DNA from: a virus
Direction: 5' to 3' (one strand)
Length of the DNA stretch: 64,000 nucleotides
Virus record (IMG/VR): IMGVR_UViG_3300027977_000027
Location: 1-64,000 of that record
In this document: positions 27,089-36,822 of the stretch, piece by piece
Position numbering within the stretch: the stretch's first letter is position 1
Layout of the letters: every line of letters begins with the position of its first letter
Notes under the pieces: generated by a model
Told to the model about the DNA's origin: nothing
Seen by the model: only the letters and a program-made list of their open reading frames with translations
Databases searched by the model: none
Translations under genes and position numbers: made by a program

Positions 27089-28213
27089 ATGTTAGCAATA
27101 CAAAAATTTATTATTGAAAATGGTTTAGCAAAAGCCATAACTGAGTTCAACCTTAAATCTAGGGTTTATGAACATAAGATTCTTTTAAAATACGACCAAT
27201 TATCAGCGCCATCATTGATGGCATTACCAGAGGTTCAAGAATGTCGTGGTCTTATCTTAGAAAGAAACTCTTGGAAAGTTATGTCGTTAGCATTTACCAA
27301 GTTCTTCAATTCCGAAGAAGGCAACGCACATAAAGTTGATTGGAACACTGCACATGTCTTAGAAAAACTTGATGGTACATGTATTCAAGTCTATTATGAC
27401 TGGAACAACATGACTTGGTATGCTGGAACAACAGGAACTGCCGATGGTGAAGGTGAGGTTAACAATAAAACTGGCACAACGTTTAACCAATTATTTTGGA
27501 AAACTATTAAAGAAAAATATAATTTAGAAGCGTCAAAATTTAACGCTGGTTACACTTATGTATTTGAATTAACAACACCTTATAATATCGTGGTTAAACC
27601 TCATGGTGAATCATCAGCCACATTATTGACTGTTAGGAATCTAGAAACTTTGGAAGAAGTTTCATTTGAAGAACTAACAACAATAGCTGAAGAATTGGGA
27701 GTACCACGTGTTAAATCTTACGATTTAAACGCTAAGAATGTTGGTGCTTTGATAAAAACGTTCGTTGGTATGGTATGGCATGACGAAGGTTATGTTGTGG
27801 TTGATGCTAACCATAACCGAGTAAAGATAAAGAACCCAGCTTATGTACATGCACATCACCTTAAAGGTAAGATGGGTAACCATCATATAATGGGGATAAT
27901 CAAGACCAACGAAATTGAAGAATTTGCTTCTACATTCCCAGAAAGAAAGAATGAATTGTATAAGTTAAAAACAAACTATGATGCGTTAATCACAAAGCTA
28001 AACTTTGTTTGGGATGAACTTAAAACTTTGCGCCCAAAGAATATAACACCAGAAGAAAAGAAAAAATATGCGCAAGCAGTATTTGAAGTTTGTGATAAAA
28101 GAGAAGTTAAAAACTTCACTGGTTTGTTTTTTGGGTTAAACGATGGAAAAGTATCTTCTGTTGAAGACTTCATGTTAAAATATGATGATAAAGCCTTGTA
28201 CAAAATCCTCTAA
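27089..28213 (+). CDS. RNA ligase, T4 Rnl1-like
   Basis: ECRGLIL, FTKFFN, EKLDGT, FEL, EGYVV, RVKIK. Confidence 0.9.
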   Translation: MLAIQKFIIENGLAKAITEFNLKSRVYEHKILLKYDQLSAPSLMALPEVQECRGLILERNSWKVMSLAFTKFFNSEEGNAHKVDWNTAHVLEKLDGTCIQVYYDWNNMTWYAGTTGTADGEGEVNNKTGTTFNQLFWKTIKEKYNLEASKFNAGYTYVFELTTPYNIVVKPHGESSATLLTVRNLETLEEVSFEELTTIAEELGVPRVKSYDLNAKNVGALIKTFVGMVWHDEGYVVVDANHNRVKIKNPAYVHAHHLKGKMGNHHIMGIIKTNEIEEFASTFPERKNELYKLKTNYDALITKLNFVWDELKTLRPKNITPEEKKKYAQAVFEVCDKREVKNFTGLFFGLNDGKVSSVEDFMLKYDDKALYKIL

Positions 28214-28267
28214 GCTTTCTTAGAGGGTTCTTGCTTCTTTAAAATTAATTTGGTAAATTTGTAAATT

Positions 28268-28594
28268 ATGAATATAAATGAAATCCTTAGAGCCAATGGT
28301 TTGTTTATGGGTAGGATGATGTCCTTCTCAAAGAGTGATTACAGGGACAGAAACCCTAACAGCGTTTGCTACTTTAATGCAAACATCGTAACTGCCAAAG
28401 AAGGTAAGATTTGGTATGGTGATTTAGACTTAACCAAAGATGGTGAAACTATTAAAGCTATTGCTGAAGAATATGGTGTCACATTGTATGTTTTGCGTGA
28501 AATGGATGCTCGATTTGAATATGAAAGTGAAGATGGGGTAAAATTAATCCAAAAAGCTGTATGGGACACAACACAAGAAATTCCGTTTATATGA
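28268..28594 (+). CDS. Hypothetical protein
   Basis: 108 aa ORF. Confidence 0.7.
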   Translation: MNINEILRANGLFMGRMMSFSKSDYRDRNPNSVCYFNANIVTAKEGKIWYGDLDLTKDGETIKAIAEEYGVTLYVLREMDARFEYESEDGVKLIQKAVWDTTQEIPFI

Positions 28595-28977
28595 CAAAAG
28601 AAGAGTTTAATAAGTATTTAGAATCTATAGGTGGGTTGGAAAGGTCATGGAGGCCAGAAAGGGGGAAGATATTAACTAGTGATTTCTTTGACATAGAAGA
28701 AGGTTGGTATGATTTGGTTAAATGTTTAATTGATGAACTTATTGCAATAGGTTGGGACAGACAAGTTAATCAAGTAAAAGAGAAATTTGGGGGTTTAAGA
28801 TTTTATGTCGAAAATTTGTCAGATGAAGGTTATAAAGTGATAGATAAATATGAAAATTTATCATATAAAACATGTGAGATATGCGGTAAAGAAGGTGTTT
28901 TAAGAAAAGGTTCTTGGTTAAAAACACTTTGTGATGAACATGCAAATGGTAGCGAACCTTTTAAATTTCCAAAATAA
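28591..28977 (+). CDS. Conserved phage protein
   Basis: QVKEKFGGLRFY, CEICG...TLCDEH. Confidence 0.75.
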   Translation: MTKEEFNKYLESIGGLERSWRPERGKILTSDFFDIEEGWYDLVKCLIDELIAIGWDRQVNQVKEKFGGLRFYVENLSDEGYKVIDKYENLSYKTCEICGKEGVLRKGSWLKTLCDEHANGSEPFKFPK

Positions 28978-29029
28978 ATTTGGTATTATCAATTTAATTC
29001 ATTACCTTTGTATGACTAAATAAAAATAC

Positions 29030-30439
29030 ATGACAATTAAAGAAATCTTCGATGAAATTGCTGCTGAATCAAGCACCAACCAAAAAATGGAAATCCTTAA
29101 AAAATATAAGGATAATGAATTGCTTAAACGTGTGCTTTATTTGGCCAATTCAAAGCGAGTTAAATTCTTCATCAAACAAATCCCAGCGTACACTCACAAT
29201 ACAATTGGTTGGACTCTAGAAGAAGCGTTGAATATGCTTATGACTATAGCTAATCGTGAGTTTACAGGTCAAAATGCTATAGATAAATTAACTATTTGGT
29301 TAGAGAATGTATCAACTGATGATGCATATATCATTGAGCGTATCATTGAAAAAGATTGCAAAATTGGTATGGGAACAACCTTCATGAACAAGGTATTCAA
29401 AGACCTTATCGAAGACACACCATACATGGGTGCAATATCGTTTGATGAGAAAAAAGCTCGTTCTATCTTTGATAATGGTGGTCGTGGTATATCTCAAATA
29501 AAAATGGATGGTCGTTATTGTAACGCTATCATTCGTTCTGGTGAAGTTGAATTGGAGAGTCGTAGTGGTGAAGCGACAATAGTAACTGGTGCCAAATTCT
29601 TGAGTGAATTAGCATCATTTCAAGATTGTGTGTTGAATGGAGAATTGACAATGGATGGCGTACCACGTTACGAATCTAATGGTATTATTGCTTCAGTTAT
29701 TGACATACAAAGCAAACGTGGTGAACGCACAGAAAAAGAAACAGCTAAGAAGCTTGAAGCTTTTGAAAAGAAACATGGTAGCTTTGAAAAAGCTTTGAAC
29801 TCTATTCGTTATACTGTATGGGATGTTATTAGTATTGATGAATATTTTAACAAACTTTCAAAAATACCTTATTTGGTACGTTTGGCTAAAGTTGAGCGTT
29901 TGATTTCCGAGTCTAACACCACTATGGTTAAGATGATTGAAAGTCGTATTGTACATTCATACAAAGAAGCTATGGACCACTTTCAAGAAGTCCTTGCAAC
30001 TGAAGTTGATGGTGTCCCACAAGAAGGGACGATTCTTAAATCTGATGCTGGGACTTGGAAAGATGGCAAACCAAACTGGCAAATCAAACTAAAAATCGAG
30101 ATGAATGTTGATTTAAAGATAGTTGGGTTTAATTATGGAACCAAAGGTACTAAAAATGAAAATGTTATTTCGTCTTTAGTATGTGAATCCTCTGACGGAA
30201 AATTGGTTACTCAACCACAAGGTTTGAAAGAATCTTATATGAAACACATAACTGAAAATCAAGATAAACTTTTAGGGTCTATAATTGAAGTTAAGTGTTC
30301 TGGTCTTTCTAATGACGTAACAGGTGCATATTCACTTATGTACCCAGCATTTAAAAGTTTTAGAGACGATAAAAATGTTGCCGATTCATTAGATGATATT
30401 ATTGCTAATGAGAAAATGATAAAGGGTGTTACTGTTTAA
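29030..30439 (+). CDS. ATP-dependent DNA ligase (T4 gp30-like)
   Basis: KMDGRY, LNGEL, VWD, EGTILK, KLK, OB-fold FKSFRDDK. Confidence 0.92.
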   Translation: MTIKEIFDEIAAESSTNQKMEILKKYKDNELLKRVLYLANSKRVKFFIKQIPAYTHNTIGWTLEEALNMLMTIANREFTGQNAIDKLTIWLENVSTDDAYIIERIIEKDCKIGMGTTFMNKVFKDLIEDTPYMGAISFDEKKARSIFDNGGRGISQIKMDGRYCNAIIRSGEVELESRSGEATIVTGAKFLSELASFQDCVLNGELTMDGVPRYESNGIIASVIDIQSKRGERTEKETAKKLEAFEKKHGSFEKALNSIRYTVWDVISIDEYFNKLSKIPYLVRLAKVERLISESNTTMVKMIESRIVHSYKEAMDHFQEVLATEVDGVPQEGTILKSDAGTWKDGKPNWQIKLKIEMNVDLKIVGFNYGTKGTKNENVISSLVCESSDGKLVTQPQGLKESYMKHITENQDKLLGSIIEVKCSGLSNDVTGAYSLMYPAFKSFRDDKNVADSLDDIIANEKMIKGVTV

Positions 30440-31196
30440 TGGCAAACCATTTAACATAATCTTTATATTGATTTAACACCTCTTTTTTTATAGTTTTACC
30501 AGTATAAATTGGTTTACCATTATTGTAGTATGATTTTCGTAATGCTTTAGTTGGTAAACCATTTTCTTTACATATAGTTTCAAAATCACCATTACAAATA
30601 AATTTTAGGTTGTTATTTGAATCGTAAATGTTTATTTTTATAGCAGCTGGGTTTTTATCTTTAACCATTTTACCTTTCATTCTATTAGACATTTTTATTT
30701 TCTCTTCATCAGAACGTTTAAGACCAGTGATAGCCTTAATAACATTTAATCTATGTGTTTCTGATTTTTTAATACCAGACATTTTTTTAGATTGTTTTTC
30801 TTTAGATTCATGAGTGCGTTTAGTACCTAATTTAGCTTGTCTCATTCGTTCTTTTGCTATTTCTGAAAAATAGTAATCTTCACGACCGCCACCACCTTTT
30901 GTCATATTATAGCCATTTACATAAGAATCAAACTTATTAATATATTTTATTTCTAATTCATTGGCTTGTTTAATATTTGTAATACCAGTTTCTAATATCT
31001 CCCAAGTAAAATTATCAATTGTGTATTTCCTAATAGCTTGATGAAACTTAAATTTACTTTCTATTTGGCTTTCATATATGTGTTCATATTTGCGGACGTT
31101 AAAATCACGGCTGGTAAGACCAATATAAGTTTTATTGTTAATTTTATTGGTAATTTTATAAATGATATATGTTTTATTTTTCACGTTTAAGTTCAT
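30429..31196 (-). CDS. GIY-YIG homing endonuclease with NUMOD3 repeats
   Basis: IIYKITNKINNKTYIGLT...GYNMTKGG. Confidence 0.88.
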   Translation of the reverse strand: MNLNVKNKTYIIYKITNKINNKTYIGLTSRDFNVRKYEHIYESQIESKFKFHQAIRKYTIDNFTWEILETGITNIKQANELEIKYINKFDSYVNGYNMTKGGGGREDYYFSEIAKERMRQAKLGTKRTHESKEKQSKKMSGIKKSETHRLNVIKAITGLKRSDEEKIKMSNRMKGKMVKDKNPAAIKINIYDSNNNLKFICNGDFETICKENGLPTKALRKSYYNNGKPIYTGKTIKKEVLNQYKDYVKWFAIKQ

Positions 31197-31326
31197 TTTC
31201 TATTAGTATTTTAATCAATTTGTTCATTGAATAACCGTGTCTATCACAATGTGATTTAAACATGTTTTTAAGTTCTTGTGACATTCTGATTGGCCAGATA
31301 ACATCTTTTTGTTTTTCTTTCTGCAT
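31174..31326 (-). CDS. Small ribbon-helix-helix-like protein, missing from ORF track
   Basis: MQKEKQKDVIWPIRMSQELKNMFKSHCDRHGYSMNKLIKILIENELKREK; overlaps endonuclease start; ATATTTAT upstream. Confidence 0.65.
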   Translation of the reverse strand: MQKEKQKDVIWPIRMSQELKNMFKSHCDRHGYSMNKLIKILIENELKREK

Positions 31327-31542
31327 AGTGTATTTCATTTGTTATACATATAAATATACCAATAAATTAGAAAAGTTAAATATTTTGTAAAATAAATTTG
31401 CAAGATTCAAAAACATTTTGTACCTTTGTATTAAAATAAACCAGTAACCCGAAAATAGTATTATAGAGTAGGGGTTTTAATTATAAATAATATGAGTTTA
31501 GTTAATTCAATGATTAATCAAATTAGACGTTAAAAAAGCATT

Positions 31543-32007
31543 ATGAAAAAACATATTTCATTCCCATCTATTGAGCAATTTAGAAATGTTGTTGGCACCG
31601 TAAATCGCCAATACAATTTTGTTGGTTTGGATGAAAATGGTGAAGCTATTTATGATTCTTCACTACCTAAACCAGTTCTAACATTTAAAGGTACCGTCAA
31701 AATTCACGGTTGTTTTGACAAGGATAGTTTAGTTATGTTAGCTAATGGCGAAGAAATACCAATATCTGAAATTAATGTTGGTGACCAAGTTTTATCTTAT
31801 GATATTGAAAATGGTAAGTTTATAGAAAAAGAAGTTTTACATACTGAAAATAAAGAGTCTGATAAAAAATGGTTAAAATTAATTTTTGATAATGATTCTT
31901 TTATTGAATGTACTGAAGACCATAAATTTTATACAATCAATAGAGGCTGGGTTGAAGCTAAAAATTTAACAGAAAATGATATTTTTTTGGAATCAATGAT
32001 GATTTAG
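31543..32007 (+). CDS. RNA ligase 2 N-extein fused to split intein N-half
   Basis: FPSIEQF...TVKIHG then CFDKDSLVMLANG...IECTEDHKFYT...WVEAKNL (intein blocks A and B) from 31711. Confidence 0.9.
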   Translation: MKKHISFPSIEQFRNVVGTVNRQYNFVGLDENGEAIYDSSLPKPVLTFKGTVKIHGCFDKDSLVMLANGEEIPISEINVGDQVLSYDIENGKFIEKEVLHTENKESDKKWLKLIFDNDSFIECTEDHKFYTINRGWVEAKNLTENDIFLESMMI

Positions 32008-32067
32008 CATTAGTTTCGTGAATACCTACATATTTATATTAAATAATAAAATATAAATAAAGGTAAA

Positions 32068-32904
32068 ATGATTCTAAAGACTTGGTGTAAATTAGTTAAT
32101 GGTCGGTTTGGTTATGTTAAGAAAATATCTATGAAAACTGAACCTATAAACGAGGTTTGTTGTGATATATGTTGTAAAATATTTGAAGAAAGAGTTAAAG
32201 ACACGTTAGAAAATGAAAATAAATGGGGTAAACAACTTTGTGGTCGGTGTCGTAAAATTGAAAATGGGAAAAATTTTGGTAAAATTGGTGGTAAAATTTT
32301 AAAATCTTTTACTAAAGAAGAAAAAAGTAAAATATCTAGTGATGCTGGTAAAATTTCACATAAGAAAAATCCAAATAATAAAGGTAAATTTAGTACTGAA
32401 AGGTGGAATAATATGAGTGAACTCCAACAAAAACAGCAAGTAACTAAAGCTAATAAAGCATTACATGATAAACTTAATAGTGATGAAAATTTAAAACGTG
32501 AACATTTTTTAAAGGTTTTTAAAAATAGTAAAATAGGTTTTACAAGTAAAGGTCATAACGAATTACATTTATTTTTAAAGGAGTTTGGTTTTAAGCAACA
32601 TGAACAAATTTTAAATATGGAAGTTGATGAATGTAATTTAAACTTAAAAATAATTATAGAATTTAATGGTGATATGTACCATTGTAATCCTAGGAAATGG
32701 AAACCTAACGATTATAATAAAGTAATTAAAATGACGGCTAGTGAAAAATGGGGAAAAGATAGAAACAGGTATTATAAATTAAAATCATTAGGTTATATTA
32801 CATTTGTCGTTTGGGAAGAAGATTGGGGTTTAAATCGTGAAAAAACTAAAGAAAAAATACTTAAATTTATAAATAAAAGAAAATATGAAATTAAAAAAAA
32901 TTGA
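32068..32904 (+). CDS. Vsr-like free-standing homing endonuclease
   Basis: Cys zinc ribbon, EVDE...IIEFNGDMYH...KD...VVWE. Confidence 0.8.
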   Translation: MILKTWCKLVNGRFGYVKKISMKTEPINEVCCDICCKIFEERVKDTLENENKWGKQLCGRCRKIENGKNFGKIGGKILKSFTKEEKSKISSDAGKISHKKNPNNKGKFSTERWNNMSELQQKQQVTKANKALHDKLNSDENLKREHFLKVFKNSKIGFTSKGHNELHLFLKEFGFKQHEQILNMEVDECNLNLKIIIEFNGDMYHCNPRKWKPNDYNKVIKMTASEKWGKDRNRYYKLKSLGYITFVVWEEDWGLNREKTKEKILKFINKRKYEIKKN

Positions 32905-33880
32905 AAAAATTGAAAATAAAAAATCATATGATATATCTGTTAAAGATACTAATTGTTTTTTTGTTAATGGTATATTGGTCCACAACTCCAACGCTGGAGT
33001 TTGTTTTAACAAGTCAGATGGTATTTGGGTTCAATCACGTGAAAACATTATCACACCATTATCAGATAATGCTGGATTTGCTTTCTTTGTTGAAACAAAT
33101 AAAACTGCTTTTTTGGAAATTTTAAATCAAATTGCTGAAAAATTTGAAATTAATTTAGATGAAAACACTATTTCGCTTTATGGTGAATGGGCTGGTTCGT
33201 CAATTCAAAAAGGTGTTGCTATCACAAACATCCCAAAATCATTTTTTATTTTTGGTATTAAAATAACACCACATGTTGAAACAGATGAAGAAAGAAAAGA
33301 AAAACCAGCATATTGGGTAGACTACACCACTTTTAAAAATGTTGAAGCGAAAATTTTCAATGTAAACGATTTTAAAACATTTGAAATCGAGATTGATTTT
33401 AAACATCCAGAATTGGTTCAAAATAAAATAGTAGAAATGACATTATCGGTTGAAGAAGAATGTCCTATTGCTAAAGAATTTGGTTTTTCTGGTGTTGGTG
33501 AGGGTATTGTCTTTACTTATGTAAATGATAAAGGTCAAAGAGTTTCTTTCAAGTCTAAAGGTGAAAAACATGCAACTGGTTCTAAAGTAAAAACAGTAAA
33601 ACCAGTTGATGATGTTAGGATTGCAAAACTTCAAGAATTAGCTGATAAAGTAACACCAGAATGGAGATTGGACCAAATGTTAACTAATACATTTAATCTT
33701 ATTAACGGTGGTGAATTAGATATTAAACGTTTAGGTGAATATATTAAAAATGTTTCGTTTGATGTTCTTAAAGAAGACGCTGATATTATTTCGGACGCTG
33801 GTTTTGAATTCAAAGATATTGTTAAGTATGTGTCAGAAATAGCTAAAAAATATTTTTTAGTTAAATATAATAATATTTAA
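32885..33880 (+). CDS. Split intein C-half fused to RNA ligase 2 C-extein
   Basis: YDISVKDTNCFFVNGILVHN|S (32885-32986), then SNAG, QSR, YGEWAG, FGIK, GEGIV, FKSKGEKH. Confidence 0.9.
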   Translation: MKLKKIEKIENKKSYDISVKDTNCFFVNGILVHNSNAGVCFNKSDGIWVQSRENIITPLSDNAGFAFFVETNKTAFLEILNQIAEKFEINLDENTISLYGEWAGSSIQKGVAITNIPKSFFIFGIKITPHVETDEERKEKPAYWVDYTTFKNVEAKIFNVNDFKTFEIEIDFKHPELVQNKIVEMTLSVEEECPIAKEFGFSGVGEGIVFTYVNDKGQRVSFKSKGEKHATGSKVKTVKPVDDVRIAKLQELADKVTPEWRLDQMLTNTFNLINGGELDIKRLGEYIKNVSFDVLKEDADIISDAGFEFKDIVKYVSEIAKKYFLVKYNNI

Positions 33881-33885
33881 TAGTT

Positions 33886-34089
33886 ATGATTAAGAACAGA
33901 GTATATAAATTAAAAAAAACGGTTGAGGTGGCGAGAGGATTGACTCTTCAAGCTGGTCAAGAAATTGAGATTGTGATGAATGTTGTTTATATGGGTGGTT
34001 TTATGCTACCTCCAGAAATGCAACCATTATTTTTAGAATGGATAAAAAATAACCCAGCGTTATTTGAAGACGACACACGTAATTGGTAA
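33886..34089 (+). CDS. Hypothetical protein
   Basis: 67 aa ORF in operon. Confidence 0.6.
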   Translation: MIKNRVYKLKKTVEVARGLTLQAGQEIEIVMNVVYMGGFMLPPEMQPLFLEWIKNNPALFEDDTRNW

Positions 34090-34550
34090 TGGAACTAGTA
34101 ACAACAAATATTTGCACCGCTAATCAGTTGGGTGTTCATTCAAATATGTTTGGTGGGGAAATGATGTCTATAATTGATTTGGCATCAGCAGCATACGCTG
34201 CCCAAATATGTGATTCGCCAAGAATGGTCACGGTAAAAATTGACGAATTAGTGTTTAAAAATCCTGTAAAAGTTGGTAATATTATTAAATGTTATGCAAC
34301 GGTAAAAGAGTTTGGTAATACATCAATAACTCTTTATGTTGAAGTGCGTAAACACAATGTTTATACTGGAAAACAAGATGTTGTTGTGCATACAAATATT
34401 AAATTTGTTCATATAGACGAAGAAGGCAACCCAATACCTATTTCACAAAGAGTAAAAAATAGGTACGCTGACAGAATGGAGAAGTACGGAAAAGGTCTTT
34501 TAAGTTTTGAAGAATTACAAACTGAAAAACAAAACAATGGCAAAACATAA
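34089..34550 (+). CDS. Acyl-CoA thioesterase (hotdog fold)
   Basis: NMFGGEMMSIID, VTVKIDELVFKNPVKVG, FVHID. Confidence 0.85.
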   Translation: MELVTTNICTANQLGVHSNMFGGEMMSIIDLASAAYAAQICDSPRMVTVKIDELVFKNPVKVGNIIKCYATVKEFGNTSITLYVEVRKHNVYTGKQDVVVHTNIKFVHIDEEGNPIPISQRVKNRYADRMEKYGKGLLSFEELQTEKQNNGKT

Positions 34551-34968
34551 ATGTGAATGTGGGAAAATGGCCGTGTGGGTCTATTTACCAGGATATTCAA
34601 ACGATTCAAACCCTTACTCTTGTGATGATTGTGTGATACACCCAGATAATAAAATTGGTTGTTCTTGTAATTGGAATTATGGGTTAGAGCAAGAAGGGTT
34701 ACCAACTGATAAACCAGAGGGTATTGAAAATAAAGATTGGAGATGGATTGAATATGAAGGTGATGAATATATAGGGCCGATTACAAAAGAAGATGGGTAT
34801 TGGGTATACTTAGATGAACGTGGTAGACCACAGCCATGTGTAGAATATCATTACAGTGAAGACGGGTTTAAAAAAGAGACTTTCATTGATAAAATGATAT
34901 TTGAAATTAGACATTATTGGTGTCTGTTAAAATACAAAGCTAGAAAATTTTTTAGAAAGATTTGGTAG
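34537..34968 (+). CDS. Cys-rich hypothetical protein
   Basis: CECG...CDDC...GCSC. Confidence 0.65.
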   Translation: MAKHKCECGKMAVWVYLPGYSNDSNPYSCDDCVIHPDNKIGCSCNWNYGLEQEGLPTDKPEGIENKDWRWIEYEGDEYIGPITKEDGYWVYLDERGRPQPCVEYHYSEDGFKKETFIDKMIFEIRHYWCLLKYKARKFFRKIW

Positions 34969-34996
34969 TTTTGATTTTTTTTAGTACCTTTGTCAA

Positions 34997-35725
34997 ATGA
35001 ATACTAATATTTTAAAAACAGGTTATGAATGGTGTTTAGAAGCTAACATCAGACTTCTTAAATTATCAGATTGGGATACAGATAGCAATGATTACCCATT
35101 TTACGAAGAAGCTTATTATGAAGAAAAAATAGACGCTGAAACCTTCAAGTCTAGAATAAGCAATTGCACGGTTAAACCTAACTCACAACCTAGAAAAACA
35201 GAGATGTTCTTAGAATATCGTATGTATGGCTTGGTAAATTATCAATTAACTGGTACTATACATGCTGGAATACAATACGGTCATGCTGTTGTTGAATATG
35301 GTCAAAATGTAAAAGGCGCTGGTAAAATAGAAAAAATTTACGATAAGTGGGCCAATAAAGATAAAACATTTATTATTCTAAATGGTGGGACGACCAACAA
35401 TAGTGAAACATATGTTGGTACGTTAAATAAACATCTAAAAGCTTTTTATGATACTGGTGTGCTTGTTTCTGCTTTTTATGAACCAGACTTAGGCAATCAA
35501 TTGACTGCATTTGTATTTTTGGTTGATGAACGAGTTTTTAATAGAACTTTGTACCCAGATTTTGTTCCTGAGACTTTACCATATAGTAGAAAAAAACCTA
35601 GTGAAAAACAATTATTAGAATTAGAAGAAAGAAATGCTAATAACTACAAACATTGGGTGGAAAAGATAGGTGGGGAAAAGAACGTTTTCTTGAGAGAATA
35701 TTTAAAACCTTTGAGGTTGGCTTAA
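34997..35725 (+). CDS. Peptidyl-tRNA hydrolase 2-like protein with N-terminal extension
   Basis: GIQYGHAVVEY, KTFIILNGG, FYEPDLGNQLTA. Confidence 0.6.
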   Translation: MNTNILKTGYEWCLEANIRLLKLSDWDTDSNDYPFYEEAYYEEKIDAETFKSRISNCTVKPNSQPRKTEMFLEYRMYGLVNYQLTGTIHAGIQYGHAVVEYGQNVKGAGKIEKIYDKWANKDKTFIILNGGTTNNSETYVGTLNKHLKAFYDTGVLVSAFYEPDLGNQLTAFVFLVDERVFNRTLYPDFVPETLPYSRKKPSEKQLLELEERNANNYKHWVEKIGGEKNVFLREYLKPLRLA

Positions 35726-36246
35726 TGCAAGACAGAATTACTATAGATGGTAAAATAAAGTTCGAACCAATAGATAGAACCAATAAGCACCGTGAACAAG
35801 CTTCGTGGAAAAGAATTGCTATGGTTATATTTGATGGTGATGTTACAGACTATTATACTTGGTTTATAAAGAAACGTTATAGTTTAGAATTAAACAAACC
35901 TTTGAGAGGCGCACACATATCCTTTATTAACGATAGCATACGTGACTTGTCACAAAATGGTAAAAAACATATTACTGAAGTTGATGCTTTATGGAACTCA
36001 TCAAAAACAAAGTGGGATAATCAAACGGTCTCGATAACTTTGTTACTAACACCATCTTTTAAAAAAGAATATTGGTGGTTAAATTTGGATGAAGAAAGCA
36101 CCAGAAATTTATTAGGGATTAGAGCTGAATTAGGTTTGGGTAAACCATTTTTTGATTTGCACATGACAATTGGTTATGCAAATGAAAAGAATTCTTTTCA
36201 CAACGAATATATCAAAAATGGAATTATTAATGGTTTTATTTGGTAA
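35725..36246 (+). CDS. 2H phosphoesterase-like protein
   Basis: AHISF and LHMTIG motifs. Confidence 0.65.
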   Translation: MQDRITIDGKIKFEPIDRTNKHREQASWKRIAMVIFDGDVTDYYTWFIKKRYSLELNKPLRGAHISFINDSIRDLSQNGKKHITEVDALWNSSKTKWDNQTVSITLLLTPSFKKEYWWLNLDEESTRNLLGIRAELGLGKPFFDLHMTIGYANEKNSFHNEYIKNGIINGFIW

Positions 36247-36274
36247 TTAGAAAAATTTTTAGTAGATTTGTATT

Positions 36275-36514
36275 ATGAAAAAATCAGAAATTTTAAAAAG
36301 ACTAAGTAACGATGAAAAAAATAAATTATCTAAATTAGGTAATCGAATCATTGATGAATTTGATTCGCCACATAGTTTTATAAATAATGAAGAATCTAAA
36401 ATTGCGTCACATATTTTTGTGATGTCAAAGTGGATAAATGAATTTGAGAGTCTTGGTTTAGATTGGGAGATAAATGTATCTGATGGTTTACCATTTATAT
36501 GCATGGTTGATTAG
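36275..36514 (+). CDS. Hypothetical protein
   Basis: 79 aa, promoter upstream. Confidence 0.55.
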   Translation: MKKSEILKRLSNDEKNKLSKLGNRIIDEFDSPHSFINNEESKIASHIFVMSKWINEFESLGLDWEINVSDGLPFICMVD

Positions 36515-36540
36515 TAAAAATTGTTGGTTGAGTAAATCGC

Positions 36541-36822
36541 AAAAGGTAAAAAAGTAAATTTTGAATTCATAGTTAAACGTAAATAAAATGGGATGGTTTG
36601 CCAGTACCAATAATTCTAGGATTAACCCCAAAAATATCAAAACAATATTGGTGGTTAACTTTGTCTGAAGAATCAAAAAATGATTTACAAGGTATCAGAG
36701 CTGAATTAGGATTAGGTAAACCATTTTTTGACTTACATATGACAATTGGCTATGCAAATGAAAAAAATATTCTTCATTCAAAATATATAGAACATTTATT
36801 TAAAATTAATTTTTTAACATGA
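36541..36822 (+). pseudogene. Chimeric duplicated gene remnants
   Basis: KGKKVNFEFIVKRK* copies the end of gene 37931; YWWL...GIRAELGLGKPFFDLHMTIGYANEKN copies the end of gene 35725. Confidence 0.7.
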
